Shown: positions 11,777 to 24,207 of the stretch, piece after piece
How positions within the stretch are numbered: the first letter of the stretch is position 1
Layout of the letters: each line of letters opens with the position of its first letter
Assembly: GCA_002189035.1 (NCBI GenBank)
Contig: CM007992.1
Location: 124,001-188,000, forward strand
DNA from: Utricularia gibba
Lineage: Eukaryota; Plantae; Magnoliophyta
Length of the DNA: 64,000 nt
Direction: 5' to 3'
Program-made: the position numbers and the translations under genes
Notes under the pieces: model-generated
What the model was told of the DNA's origin: nothing
Databases searched by the model: none
The model's input: only the letters and a program-made list of their open reading frames with translations

Positions 11777-14096
11777 CTACTGATGGAGGGTGGAGTTCTT
11801 CCCTGATGCACGGATTTTGGCTGCAACTTGCTCATCGGATAGTGGTAGATAATAGATGCGTGGGCTTGACCTTGTTTTCCGGAAGAAATCATCCAGGGTG
11901 AGTATTGGAGGATCCACCTTCTCAGGAAGTGGAGGTGGCGGGGGAAGGTTAGATTGGCCACCAGCAGGCATTGGCTGTTCTCGCGATGGATGAGGGCGTT
12001 CTCTCCCGGAGAATGGCGGTGGTGGTGGTGGAACTGAAGACAAAGGAGGCTGCTGCCTTGGTACGGTTGCATGTGCACTAGGTTTTGGAATTGCATTCGG
12101 ATGGGGTTGATAAGCAGGAGCAATGCTCGTTGCTGGGGGTGTAGGAGGTGCTTCTAGACGAGCTTTGACTTCTTGAGGATCAACAAAATCAGCAACCAAC
12201 AAGCGACCACCATTTGGAGGCCACTGTAGATTGTAGACTGCATTGCGGGTTTTCTCAGCCTCTTCAACAGAAGAATACTGCGTTTTTCATTCATATTAAA
12301 TTAGATGGAGTTAACTTCCATTGCAAGGAAATGAACCTCAAACGCAAATAAAGGGCAGCACTTACTGAGACATAGCAATGGGTCTTAATCTGATCCATCC
12401 AAAAATTGACAACAGTCCCAGTTCTGCCAAGGAGTTCTTGCACTGCTTTATGTGTAAAGGGGCGCAGAAACCGGTCAATCCTAAGAGAATTTGTGGGAGG
12501 TTTGGATGACGGAGGAACTGCATCACAAAATAGATGAGAAAACACCAAGTTAAAAATAATGTAATTATGTAAATGAGAAACAGATTTTACCAATGCGCTC
12601 TTTGGCATGTTCTGTTTCAACTGCTGAATCATTCTCAGACGAATGCTTGACAGAAGCTCCAGGTGGGCCCTTTGGTATAGACACTGGCAAGGCATTTCCA
12701 ATTTGCGGCTCAGAACTCTTCAAGTCACCAGTATTCCACCTTCGCACCTTCTTTACCGGCTCATCCTTAAAAGTGGGCTCTTTCACCAAAAAAATATTTC
12801 ATAAAGAATCAGTTCAATTTTTTTCGAAAAAAATAAAATAAAATACACTGAGGATGGTGAAAATAGGCCAGCTTTTAAAGACTGTTGGAAATCCATGCAG
12901 TTTCAATACAGGTTATCCAATCAGTATATTATTATGGAAAAAACAAAGAGCCATTGAATATAAATAAAAAAAGGTATATTCTTACCAACCAACTTCCTCT
13001 TCACAGAAGTCGATTGAGAGTCAGTCTTCTGATCAGCATTGCCTGTTTCAGTTGCATTATAATGACCAACCACATCGACATCATCATCCTCCAGTTGATT
13101 AGGAAAGTGATCATCAATTCCCTTAGTTAATTCAGGTTCAGCATCAACTTGTTTTGTGCCCAGTACATCATCCTCCATAGAGTCATCCCCAGAGCTCCGG
13201 TCAAGATTTAATTTTTCAGAACCAAATTCCCTGGTATCAACTCCCTTACCAACTAAGGCATTATTCATATCGTCAGGAACATCCACTGAAGCGACGACAA
13301 TACTGCTGGGTGAGGATTGTACTATCTCAGGCTTAGCATCTAGTTCTAAATGATTATTACCATTTATTACATCTATGTTTAGTTCATGTTTCTCAATAAC
13401 AGCGATAGGTTCAGTAGCAACAGAATTAGATGTTACTTCAAACCCTGAAGCAGAGTCGACCTTGGATACCTGATTCGTCTTTGGCTGCATGCTGGAATCT
13501 AATTGAGTACATTTGAAATCATCGTTGTCCATCTGAGACTTTGGGCGTATCACTTCTTCATTCTGACCTTCTGTGGCTCCCCGGTCTTCAGGTGGCAGCC
13601 CTTCAAAATGTGATAGTGCATCAATATGCGTCACCCCCAAAGATTCCAAAGGCTCAACAGCCTGATTCTTCAATATCGTGTCTTCCACGGCAGCAGCAGC
13701 AGCTATCTCTGCCTGCATCCCATCGGCTTCTTGAACAAAGTTAACTTCCACAACCTTCGGTTCAACAGAGGATTCAATCCCACCGTCAGTGCCTTTTTCA
13801 TTCAGGGCAGCTTCATTTTCAGTAGTTCCTATTGCATTATCAGCAGAATCAAAAGCACTCTGAGAAGCCATTGTTTCTTCTTTAGCTCCCTCAGGTTGAA
13901 ATCCAGAAAGATCATTATCATCAGCAAATGTTTTAGTGCTTTGCCTCTCCGTCCTCACAGCTTCATCCAGACGCTTCACAAGATCTTCTTTTAAACCTCT
14001 AGTAGTTAATTTTCGTCTCTTAAGCTCCTCCTTCAGCTCGGTAACCTTCCACTGATCCAAGGGTCGGTTACCAAGGATAGCATAACGGGAAGACAT
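11777..14096 (-). CDS. ACINUS: Apoptotic chromatin condensation inducer / SAP + RRM + RSB protein, 650 aa, 4 coding exons
   Basis: Exons 14096-12986, 12779-12591, 12517-12366, 12277-11777 in frame; SAP domain (LDQWKVTELKEELKRRKL), KVRRWN, RRM (SLRIDRFLRPFT...FWMDQIKTHCYV), RSB (TLDDFFRKTRSSPRIYYLPL). Confidence 0.93.
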
Positions 14097-14790
14097 TTTT
14101 ATATCCTTCTTTGCCTCGCTGAATAATTTAGGGGAAGAAGCAACAGATTTATTTATCAGTAATTAACAGCTATTGAGCCCAAGAAGCAAACGACCTTAAG
14201 TTATGAAATGCCAGTTTAAAATATGCATCAAAAGCTCAACCTATTCATGAGAACTCGAAACTTTATGAATACCAGACTCGAGAATGGAAAAAGCACGCAT
14301 GCACAAAACAGCAAGAGACGGAATCATGAATAAAATTGCATCCTACGTGCTAGATAGGAAAACAAAGACTTGTATATTTTCTCAAGAAAAAACGCCCACA
14401 TACAGTAACAAGCAACCCCATAGAAGGATAGGCGATTTCCGCTCCTCAGACTGAGAAATTAAAAAAAAGAGACTTACGAGATTGATTGCACTTGACGATT
14501 TGACGAATCTCACGCTTCCCGCGGGACAATGCGCGGAATCAAAGCCCTAGTTCCATCAAAACAGGAAACAACTATCACAGCAAAAAAAGGAAAATAAAAC
14601 AATCAAAAATCAAAGATATCAAGGAGCATGAATGAGCAATTCCCCGGCACGCAATGATAGAAATGGAAGATGCTTCAATAAGCTAGGGCACAGAAATGCA
14701 GGGTAGATACGGAAGCTGTGGATAAAAAACGGCAAGGTTTCCCACTTACCGAACTTACCCTTTACCAAACTACAGGCCTGGTGACCCCTT

Positions 14791-14823
14791 TGGGCCCAAC
14801 CTTTCTAGGCCCAAATTGGCCCA
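14791..14823. promoter_or_regulatory. Site II element cluster upstream of ACINUS
   Basis: TGGGCC 14791, GGCCCA 14808 and 14818, just beyond the leader-intron donor near 14745. Confidence 0.5.
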
Positions 14824-15951
14824 ATTAGTCATCCCTGGAACCCTAGCCCCAATTGAATTGAATTTAATGGTAAGCAAAGTTTGAATTTTGAAAATGGTGC
14901 AGAATTAGTTAAGCTATTTTGTTGTTGGGGGTCATAAAGCTCTCAACTGCCTTGTTGGAGTTAGGCACCCAACCCATTAATTAATAAATGTAGCTTTCGA
15001 AATTGGGTGATTATATTATTTTTTGCAATTTCAAAGCAATGGGTAATGTGGTGTGCAATGTGGGGGTCTGGGTGACCTACCTCCTTGAGTCCTCTTCCCC
15101 AATTTAATACCTCCCAAGTACACAGCGATTAGTGCCCATCATCATCCCCATTATTCAAATTCCTCATTGCCATAGTTTTTCTCTTTGAATTAATGGTTTG
15201 AATTTTAATCATGCCAAATCCTTGGTGTCATAATGCCACTAGAACATCATAGCACATGTCTTTGCTTATGTTAGAATTTGATATGGGAATAATATAGTGC
15301 CTCTTGTGGGATTATGACAGAAAGAGAATACTTTGTTTTTTACCTTGTTGCAGTTACCCTCCCTGAGTGAAGTGAAAAACATTCATCTGCAGCGGTGAAA
15401 GAGCAGCTGGGTTTTGTCTTCTTGGATTTCGTTGATCACTGAGCTAATCACAGGATTAGGGAAAGAGAATTTGTGTGCTCACATGCACCACCACGGCACC
15501 CTGCTGCCAGGAGAAGGAGAAGAAGAAGAAGAGTTGTCAACGAGAAAAAGGTGATGGATTTAGCAGGAGCCAGCATCAGGGAGTGCAGTGCTGTGCTATT
15601 TGCCCATGTGGTTACATTTAAAACGGCGACGGTGACGACAGGAAGAAAAGAAACCCCGATTTATTACACAGCAGCAAGGCACTGGCACCTCATTGCTTGT
15701 TACTTGTCTTAGCTAAAAGATTTTGCTTGTTCAAAAGTCAACCACCCCGAAAATCTTTTGTCTGCTTCCCCCTGTCTTCTCTTTGCTTGTAAAAGAATTC
15801 CATTTTCTCGAAGATCCGCTGACCGAGGCGAAGGAGCCAGCCCCTCTCTGCTGTGTCTCTGTCTTTGATCTCTTTCTTCTCCCTTTACCTTCAATGCGAC
15901 CGTGACAAAATAGAACAACCCCAGATTCCGAATTGCGTATACAATTACACG

Positions 15952-17473
15952 ATGGACATCTCTGCTGATCACGGGAGAAGAAGAGGATTCAGAGAGATGA
16001 ATCAAGACACGGGCAGAGGCGGAAGTGTTCTTGGGAGAGGAATGAAGCCCACTGCTTACAAGAAAGTTGAGATCGTTTATTATCTGTCGAAAAATGGGCA
16101 ACTGGATCATCCCCACTTCATGGAACTAACTCTTCTTTCACATCACCAGCTGCGCCTGAGAGGTTGGTTCTTCGTTTGGGTAACACGGTTGCTTGTTTTT
16201 GCGTAACTCCAGTTTGAACTTTTTGGGTGCAGATTTCATAGAGAGACTTGCAGTACTCAGGGGAAAAAGCCTGCCTTTCCTATACTCATGGTCATGCAAA
16301 AGGTATGCCTTTTACACCTCTTGAGCAGCTTGATGAATGCTGATGAGTTTTTGGATTCGCAGGATATACAAGAACGGGTTTGTGTGGAATGACTTGGCAG
16401 AAAATGATGTGATTTCCCCTGCAGATGGAGACGAGTATGTTCTGAAAGGATCTGAGTTAGCTTCAGGGTGCGTCAATGGTACGAATTTGCCATTGTTTTT
16501 TAGTACGCAACACACAGTTTTTTAGTTAGTTGTTCGATGATGGTTTGAACATTGTGTCACAGAGAAGCTGAACCACCATCTTCAATCTGGGAACAGCCTG
16601 CTACTTGGGCATCCAAAGACCACGCTTTTAGCTTCAAAGCGAAGGCCCATGAACCAGCGACTACAGTCCGACTATCATATTGGGGAAGAAATGGAGGAGT
16701 TTCAGGTGAAGACTAGGTGTTCTAGGGGCGTCTCCACAGAAGAAATCGAGGAATTCCAGACCCATGAAGTGAAGAGCAGCCTTCCCACCGAAATGACAGT
16801 TGATCCCAATTCGTTTTCAGTGTCCCCGCCGTCATCCGATTCGTCCACCAATTCCGACAACTCTAACACGGCGAATGGCGCCGCCAAAGAGTCCGACGAC
16901 GGTGATCCTCTGGGAATTGATCCAATGCTGAGCAAAAATTCAATGCTTTTCAGCCTCATCGCTTGCGGCGGCTTGGGATCTTTCAGGAAACCTCCCCCAC
17001 CGCCGCCCTCTCCGGCAGCGATATCAAAAGAGCAGCCCACTTCGGGTAGGAAGAGCTGCAGCCTTCACAGAGTAGCGGTACGCAAAGCGGCGGAAGCGGC
17101 CGCACGTTTGATGGCAGAGGAGGAGGAAATGATCAAATACATGCCGGAAAATCCCAGGTTCGGGAACCCACAACTGGAGGAAAAGGAGTACTTCAGCGGC
17201 AGCATCGTGGACTCAATCACCAACGACCAGAGACTCACCCCGGAGCCACGATTGAAGAAATCCTCATCGTACAATCAAGAAAAGTGGGCATTCATTCATA
17301 AACCATACTTTATTTTTTAAATAACTTGCATCCATCACATCCTCAAACCCCGCATTTGCTTCCCCAGGGGCTTGAAAACAGAGACACTGGAAGGTGCAGA
17401 GAAGGAAGAAACGAAGAATGGAAAGCTGCAGAAATGGGCATGCATTCCCAGGAAGCACAGGTACAATCAATAG
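15952..17473 (+). CDS. SOK2-like: SOSEKI (DUF966, DIX-like) polarity protein, SOK2/UPSTREAM OF FLC-like, 407 aa
   Basis: Exons 15952-16162, 16233-16302, 16363-16478, 16563-17283, 17368-17473 in frame; VVYY-type VEIVYYLSKNGQLDHPHFME, YSWSCKR, YKNGFVWNDL, EYVLKGSE, central SLIACG motif, RFGNPQLEEKEYFSGSIV, CIPRK; no C-terminal zinc finger seen. Confidence 0.9.
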
Positions 17474-18137
17474 AAAGAAAGATGGGCAACTCCAATTCCT
17501 TCACAGAGCCTCCGTCCATCTCCTAACCAAGCGCTTTAGAGCATCTGTTCTGCTTCATATTGTATCAAATCATTCCAATAAACATCTCTCGTTCCACCCA
17601 GAAACATTAATTCCTCATTAATACTTTGCATGCAAACATTAAAAGCTTGCATGCAAAGGGAGACAGAGACATCGCTTTACAGAGAGAAATCAAACAAGAA
17701 TTCTATATTTTGCTGCGCTGCCTGCCGGCCCGCCGTAAGACGTTGCTTTCATTACCCATGCCAACCAATTAAGAAAAAACAATAAATTTTACCAGCGTTC
17801 GTTGGACCGCAGGCCCAAAGACGACACTTGCTCCCCCTTGTTTAAGGTTTGTGCCCAATAGCAGAGTGATGCTATGAAGTCGGACCGCTTCATTGAAAAT
17901 GCTGACGGCGTGCAGTTCGTCGGACAGCAGGCCCGGTCCGTATATGTACTGTTTTCAAAATGGGAAGGTGTAGGTGGTTCCCACGCACCGCCATCGGAGG
18001 ACGAGTCACGCGGTTGCCTTTTTCACCGCCTTACCTCGCGGCACACATTGCTTGCTTGCTGTGTGCAGGTTGTCATTCTTTATACATACGCACGCCAAAT
18101 CCACCGTTTCCGTGGAGAACGATCACAAGGGTCGGCA

Positions 18138-18769
18138 ATGGGTAATATTTTCTCGATTTTACTGGTTCTTTGCCTCGTTTTTTCGTCTCTCGCGAGCGCC
18201 AGTTCCGATGGCAAACAACCCCTTCTGCTTAAGGGTTGTGTGTATTGCGACACCTGCCGCTGTGGCTTCGAGACACCCCGGTCGACACGCATCGCCGGTA
18301 ATCTGCTTCATTTTCGCTTCTGAATCTTTTTTATTTCCGCTGTATGTTTCAAGATCGGGGCCTGTAATATTGATCTGTCTAATTGCAACCTTTCTCCCTT
18401 TCAAATGGGTTACTGTGAAATCGATTTCCCCACTTGGCTTGCACAGGCGCGACGGTTAGAGTAGAATGCAGGAGCAGGAAGACCTCTGCAATCACCTATA
18501 CAACCGAGGCGACCACTGATTCTTCCGGCGGATACGAGATTCGAGTGGACAATGATCGCGGCGATGATTACTGCGACGCCGCATTGGTGAATAGCCCCGA
18601 CCCAGAATGCAACAAACCCAGCTCCGGCCGCGACAGGGCGCGTGTGATACTCACAACCCACAACGGAATAAACTCCAACGCCCGTTTCGCTAACGCCATG
18701 GGTTTTCTCAAGAACACGCCATTGCCGAACTGCGCCCAGATCCTGCAGGTGTATCAGCAAGATTATTAG
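18138..18769 (+). CDS. Pollen Ole e 1 allergen/extensin family secreted protein (DFC-like)
   Basis: Exons 18138-18297, 18447-18769; signal peptide then GCVYCDTCRCGFET, VRVECR, GRDRARVILT..NGI, RFANAMGF, final Cys. Confidence 0.92.
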
Positions 18770-19025
18770 ATGGCGTTGAGGCCCATTGGTTTGTTTGCTT
18801 TGCATTTCTTCAGTTTTCCTTTTCTATTTATTTTAGACATATTTATCAAATAAAATAATATTTTAAACACATATAACCCATTTAATTCAAATATTATTAA
18901 TTAATTCAATGAAAATGAGTTTTTTTTTGTTAAAAACTAAAAATAAATATTTTTTAATATCTACGGCCCAGCGGCCCAGCCCATTAATAGCTCCGTTGAG
19001 GTGTCCAGTGTCCATATCCTGACAC

Positions 19026-19033
19026 TGACGTGG
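19026..19033. promoter_or_regulatory. TGACGTGG ABRE/hex-type bZIP motif upstream of the PLAT gene
   Basis: Motif seen about 310 nt upstream of the PLAT ATG in a short GC-richer island inside AT-rich DNA. Confidence 0.4.
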
Positions 19034-19338
19034 GGGAATTAAAGCGGTGGGGTCCACCGATTACAATTCAAAATATCTCTAATTAATCCATATCCCACCA
19101 ATCATTCCATTTCACTCTATATTTGGGTACCCTTTTTATTTCGACAAAAAATTTTCTAATTAATTTTTGCTCCAAAAAATAATAAAATTTTAGAAAATTT
19201 TTTCGCAAAAGGTTTTTAAATTATTAGAACCATACACATACTAAATCGTTAATAACTTAAAATTTATGGATAAAATAAATAAAAAAAATTCTATTGGTGT
19301 ATTATAAGGAGGATGAAGGTGTTCCCATAGGCATACCA

Positions 19339-19938
19339 ATGGAGGTCAAGGGCGTCATATGCTATCTCTTTGTGGTGTCCTCTCTCCTCTCCGTATCCAT
19401 ATCTGTAAGTCAAGGCATTTCTAGATCATGTTCTAGATCTGGGTTCTAGGCTAACATTCTTGCTGTTCTGTGGTCGGAAATGTAGGCGCCAGATTGCGTA
19501 TACTCGGTGTACGTGAGCACGGGTTCCATAATCGGCGCCGGCACCGACGCCAACATCAGCGCCACCTTCTACGAAGCCTCCGGCACCGGGATTCGGATCA
19601 GCAATCTTGAGAAATGGGGAGGGTTAATGCACTACGGCTACGATTATTTCGAGAGAGGAAACATTGACATCTTCAGTGGTGCAGGGCCTTGCTTGAAAGC
19701 CCCGATTTGTGCTCTCAACCTCACATCTGACGGCACCGGAAGCCACGCCGGCTGGAACTGCTTGGCTCTTGAGGTCAGCGTGAAAGGGTGGGGGAAAAAC
19801 TGTACTGAGCATAGATTCAGTATCAATCAATGGCTGGCCAACGATGTGGCTCCTTACAGGCTCTACACATTCAGAAATGACTGCGGTAGCGAGATCAACA
19901 TCCATGGCAACGATTCACCAAATTTCTACGCTATGTGA
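19339..19938 (+). CDS. PLAT: PLAT/LH2 domain protein
   Basis: Exons 19339-19404 (signal peptide) and 19486-19938; DCVYSVYVSTGS..AGTD, WGGLM..GYDYFERGNIDIFSG.GPCL, LNLTSDGTG, QWLANDVAPY. Confidence 0.93.
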
Positions 19939-21708
19939 TTGGGGATCTGACCGCTGGAACAAAAGAAAAAAAGCCTTTCATGTGTGTTTAATAATTGCGG
20001 GTGCGAGTGTGGAGATCTACCGCTTGTGTTGATGTGAGAACTTCTCTTTGTGCTTGTGGACCTTGAGATGCAATTGGGTTCCGCCAATAAATTTCGTGTT
20101 GAATCGACTGCGGATTTTGCTAAAAGAATGGAACCTTTTTCCCAGTTTGATGCACGCTAAAAGAACGACACGATTAACGAGATGGGCTTGCTTGCGATCT
20201 GTCTGTCTTCATGATCTGGATTCTCCATCTGAATTTCTAGTATGCCGAGCATGCACTAGGAGCGGAGGTGCTCTGTTGCATAACATCGCAGGGACCACGG
20301 TTCAATCCTTCACCTTCAGCATTACACGTTTCTGAGTGCAATACATTCCTGACTCGAGTAGCTCGTTCCCGCCTGATCAGGCTAAGGCAGCAGCCTTGGT
20401 TTCCCTTCATGCCAAGCTCGCCTGAGCCCGGATGCGCATCGGGCTGTTTCCATCCATCCAACAGCTGCTTGCACCTTTACGCAGTGACAGCACCAAGTAT
20501 GAAAACCGGCTCAAGATCAAAGGTTTGTCAATCCCGGCAAAGAAATGGAGGAGCTCTTCTTCCCATGCTCAGCAGTAAGGAGCAAGCTGCATTCGAGTGA
20601 ACAAGGAAGCGCAAAAAGGGAAGAGCTCCTTGCAGCAATCCGAGAGTGGGCACCCCAAAACATGGTCAGTGCTACTTATTCTGAAAAAAAGTTGTCGCCA
20701 TGGATTCATTCTAGTGGTGTCTTTTACAGGGCACATAGCTTTTTCACGACTCCAAAAAGAACCAACCAATGAAATCTTGTGAATCATGAAACTCGGATTT
20801 GAACCCCACGGTGTCGCAAGAATCGGTTACAATGATCCACCTCAAAAAGGGACATTGGAGCCTCCCTTTGAGTAGGAAAGGCCGGCAATCAAAATCTCTT
20901 TTTCATTATTATTATTTACAGTCCTCACTGAGTACATTCTTTTTTCTTACATACTAAAATCTATTGTTTTAATAGTTATTTTTAGTATTATTATTATTTT
21001 TATTTTAGCATGTAATAAAGAAATGATGAACAAATAAGTATCAATTTTTGTAAACTTCAGTTATCATATCTTCTAGTATGCCACACACATTCATACCAAA
21101 TTAAAATTTTAAAATAAAAGTAGAAATAATGAGTAATTTATTTAATATATATTTAAATAAAAACGTATCAAAGGAGGTTATATATGAAGAAAATGGTAGC
21201 GCACGTAGAGTAGAACTAGAAGAAGATTTTATTTTCTTTTTAGAGGGTAAATATAATTATTATATGGATTTTAAAGGGGTATTTTTTAAATCATATTTTG
21301 TGGAAATATTTGGTGAGAATAATCATATTTTTCAAAGCTTTCACACTGTAAAATCCATACCCCAAAAAGTAGCGCAGACACGACGCGCTCGCTCTTGTTC
21401 CTTCCTCTCCTTTCTGTGGAGAAAGCTTCCTCTCCTTCCGTCGACGGGAGACCTGCTGCGTGCCGCCTCTCTTCGTCTCCGTTGAAAACCCTGGTGTCGG
21501 ATGGCGGATCCTTTTTCGCTTGTGTTTTTACTGGTCCACGGGAGCCGTATGGGTACCTTTTTCTTTTAATTTTGAGGATCTTTTGCGGTGATGTTTTATG
21601 GAATCTCAGTTTGTGGGTCTCATACTTTTCTCTGCCAAATCTGTTGTTTTCTCTGCAGAAATCGCTTTCGCGCTTACCTGAACTGAAGATTTTCAGAGGA
21701 ATAGCAGG

Positions 21709-22746
21709 ATGGATTCTGACAACAGTGGGAGTTTGCAGTCATCCAGCGGCGGCGACGAGGATTACGATTTACGCGCCGCCTTAAACTCCCGCCCTATTTC
21801 CAATCTACATCTGCCGCAGCCGCAGCCGGAGACGCAGACGCAACCGCCACCGTCGTTGTTTGATCACAACGCGCTCTCTGCCTACTCCAATATTCTGACA
21901 AACATGCCCTGGCCCGGATCCGCATCCCTGATGTCCGACCCGTATCCCCACACCACGCTCTCTGGGTCCTCCCCCTCGTTTCCACGGCCGCCGGTGGCTC
22001 TGGATTTCAAGAATCCTCCCCCGGCGGCGCGTAACCCGAAGAAGAGATCGAGAGCCTCCAGGCGTGCGCCGACAACCGTTCTCACTACGGATACTAGCAA
22101 TTTCAGAGCCATGGTTCAGGAATTTACTGGGATTCCTGCCCAGCCGTTCAACAATTCATCATTCCCGGGAGCCAGATTTGATCTTCTCGGTACGGTTTCC
22201 TCAGCCGTAGACGCCGCCCACAACCGGCATCCCTTTATCCAGAAATTCCAATCCCCGGCGTCCCCTTTTTTCGCCACCCCTCCTCTCTCCTTCTCTCCCC
22301 TGAACTCAAACGCCAGAGCCACCAACTCAAATCCCAATCTGCTCAACTTCAAACAGCCAATACCTCAAAATTTCTCAAACCCGTTGATCAGCACCCTCCT
22401 CCAGACAACCCCGAACTCTGGTTTCTCCAATTCACCCGTCCCTAAACCTCGTACGCCAGATTATCTGAGTGAGATCAAAATTGGCGGGCTTGATGAATTC
22501 GGATTAACCAGCGAGATGAATCTCACTCCCAGCGATCTAATCCTCCCACAGACCGATGGCAATGCTGAAAATTGGAGGAACCCTGAACTGAAACGCGGCG
22601 AAGAGCAACCCCATGTCATGCCCATCAGTGACAGCTTCATCGGCAACTATTCACCCCAAGCTAACTTCCATGCCGCAACAGAGCCGGAAAAGGCTGCCTT
22701 GCCAGGACAAGGTACGACGGATTCTTGGATTTGTTCTTCGGATTAG
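21709..22746 (+). CDS. VQ motif-containing protein, 345 aa, intronless
   Basis: MDSDNSGSLQSSSGGDEDYD N-terminus, RRAPTTVLTTDTSNFRAMVQEFTG (FxxxVQxFTG), C-terminal DSWICSSD. Confidence 0.93.
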   Translation: MDSDNSGSLQSSSGGDEDYDLRAALNSRPISNLHLPQPQPETQTQPPPSLFDHNALSAYSNILTNMPWPGSASLMSDPYPHTTLSGSSPSFPRPPVALDFKNPPPAARNPKKRSRASRRAPTTVLTTDTSNFRAMVQEFTGIPAQPFNNSSFPGARFDLLGTVSSAVDAAHNRHPFIQKFQSPASPFFATPPLSFSPLNSNARATNSNPNLLNFKQPIPQNFSNPLISTLLQTTPNSGFSNSPVPKPRTPDYLSEIKIGGLDEFGLTSEMNLTPSDLILPQTDGNAENWRNPELKRGEEQPHVMPISDSFIGNYSPQANFHAATEPEKAALPGQGTTDSWICSSD

Positions 22747-24207
22747 ACCCGTTAATGATGACAGCAGCCTCACAAACCAGATGAAATTGTGTTTCCTATT
22801 CGTTGTTAGAACCACACCATGCTCTCTAGGCCATCATCATCGTCTTCTTCTTCTTCTGCTTCCATGGCATGGGTATTGCCTGTTGGGTAGTGATGATGAT
22901 GCAGCACTGACATGGGCCGCTCACATTTCACCATTTTTCCTTTTTTTTTTTTCGTTTTCACACTTTTAGACATGCCATGGATGATGTTGGAAGCGCCCTG
23001 CACATGATTTTACGGTGCATGTGGCCACGGTAGTGGCGATTCAGGGACACCGTTGCTGCATTCCCATTTTCATATAATTCTACAGTAGAATATTAATTGA
23101 AGTTAAACAGAGCAACAACGGTTTGAAATGAAGGAAGTGGAAAAAAGGGGGGTCGACTTCAAATATCAGGAATTAAATGCTGTGTGTTAGTGGCCATATT
23201 TTACTCACATAATTTGATTTTCTTTTGTCTCCTCTCCCAATTTACTCCTCCCAAAGAAAAAAACCGGTGGTAGCAGAAGGTGGGTTTGGACCATGCTCAT
23301 GGATACAATCTTGCCCTAAGATACGCTCTTTTGCACCAGGGGGCGCCCATTTATTATTATAATTATGTTTGAAATAGTTTCTGATTTTATAGAATTAGAT
23401 TCATTATCAGCCATTAAGGATTTAATTTCTAGAAAAAAGTACTTGTAACTTTAGGACATAAATGTAGTAATAATTGTTGACTAAAGTTTCAAATAAATAA
23501 TCCTTCATTTTGACTCCAATTTGATAAAAACAGAAATATTGAATATTGTCCAATTCCATTATTTAATCTTCATATTTTTGTGATTTTTTTGTTTAGAATT
23601 TTTTGTATATAATATTAGAATAGTATTTTTATTTAAACTCACGTGCCACGGGTTTACAAACATTTATAAAAGTGATCAATGTCATTTTATGTATCAAAAA
23701 GTTTAATATAAATTACAAAATTGAACATCTGTTACAGATTGTAAAAAAAAATAGCTATCGCATATGAATTTTTTGCATAACATAGAAAGTGACAATGACC
23801 AATTGAATAAAAATTACACATAAGATGACTATTTTTTTCATAATATCATATCCATTTACCCAATGGAAAGCATTAGACACCATAGTGGTGGCTGTGTGTA
23901 TGCGGTGGGGCCGGGGGGTGGGATTTGTGGGGGCCACTTGGATATACTTGTACGTATCTTGCGGGACACGCTTGTTTAGCGGGCTACCGACCGCGTTGTG
24001 CGCCGGAGCGGGTCGCGTCTCAAACTCTTGGCGCTCAGGCGTGGGTTTTGGAGGTTTGACCTGAAAAACCCGCGGGCGGGCGGATCCAGACCATGTGCCC
24101 AGGCCTGGGTTTCCTGTGAGATTTCGGTTCCAATTCCGGAAGCGCTGGCTACTACTTAGTCGTCCATCTCGCGGAGGTCAAAGTACCGAAGCTGCGATCG
24201 CCTGCCA

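Noticed and set aside
20780-20830. GGTTCAAATCC (tRNA T-loop/B-box-like) on the minus strand
   Set aside because: T-stem does not pair and no acceptor, D or anticodon arms or A-box can be built; at most a decayed tRNA/SINE trace.
21129-21485. 118-aa AT-rich ORF upstream of the VQ gene
   Set aside because: Low-complexity F/Y/N/K composition from AT-rich promoter DNA; no domain recognised.
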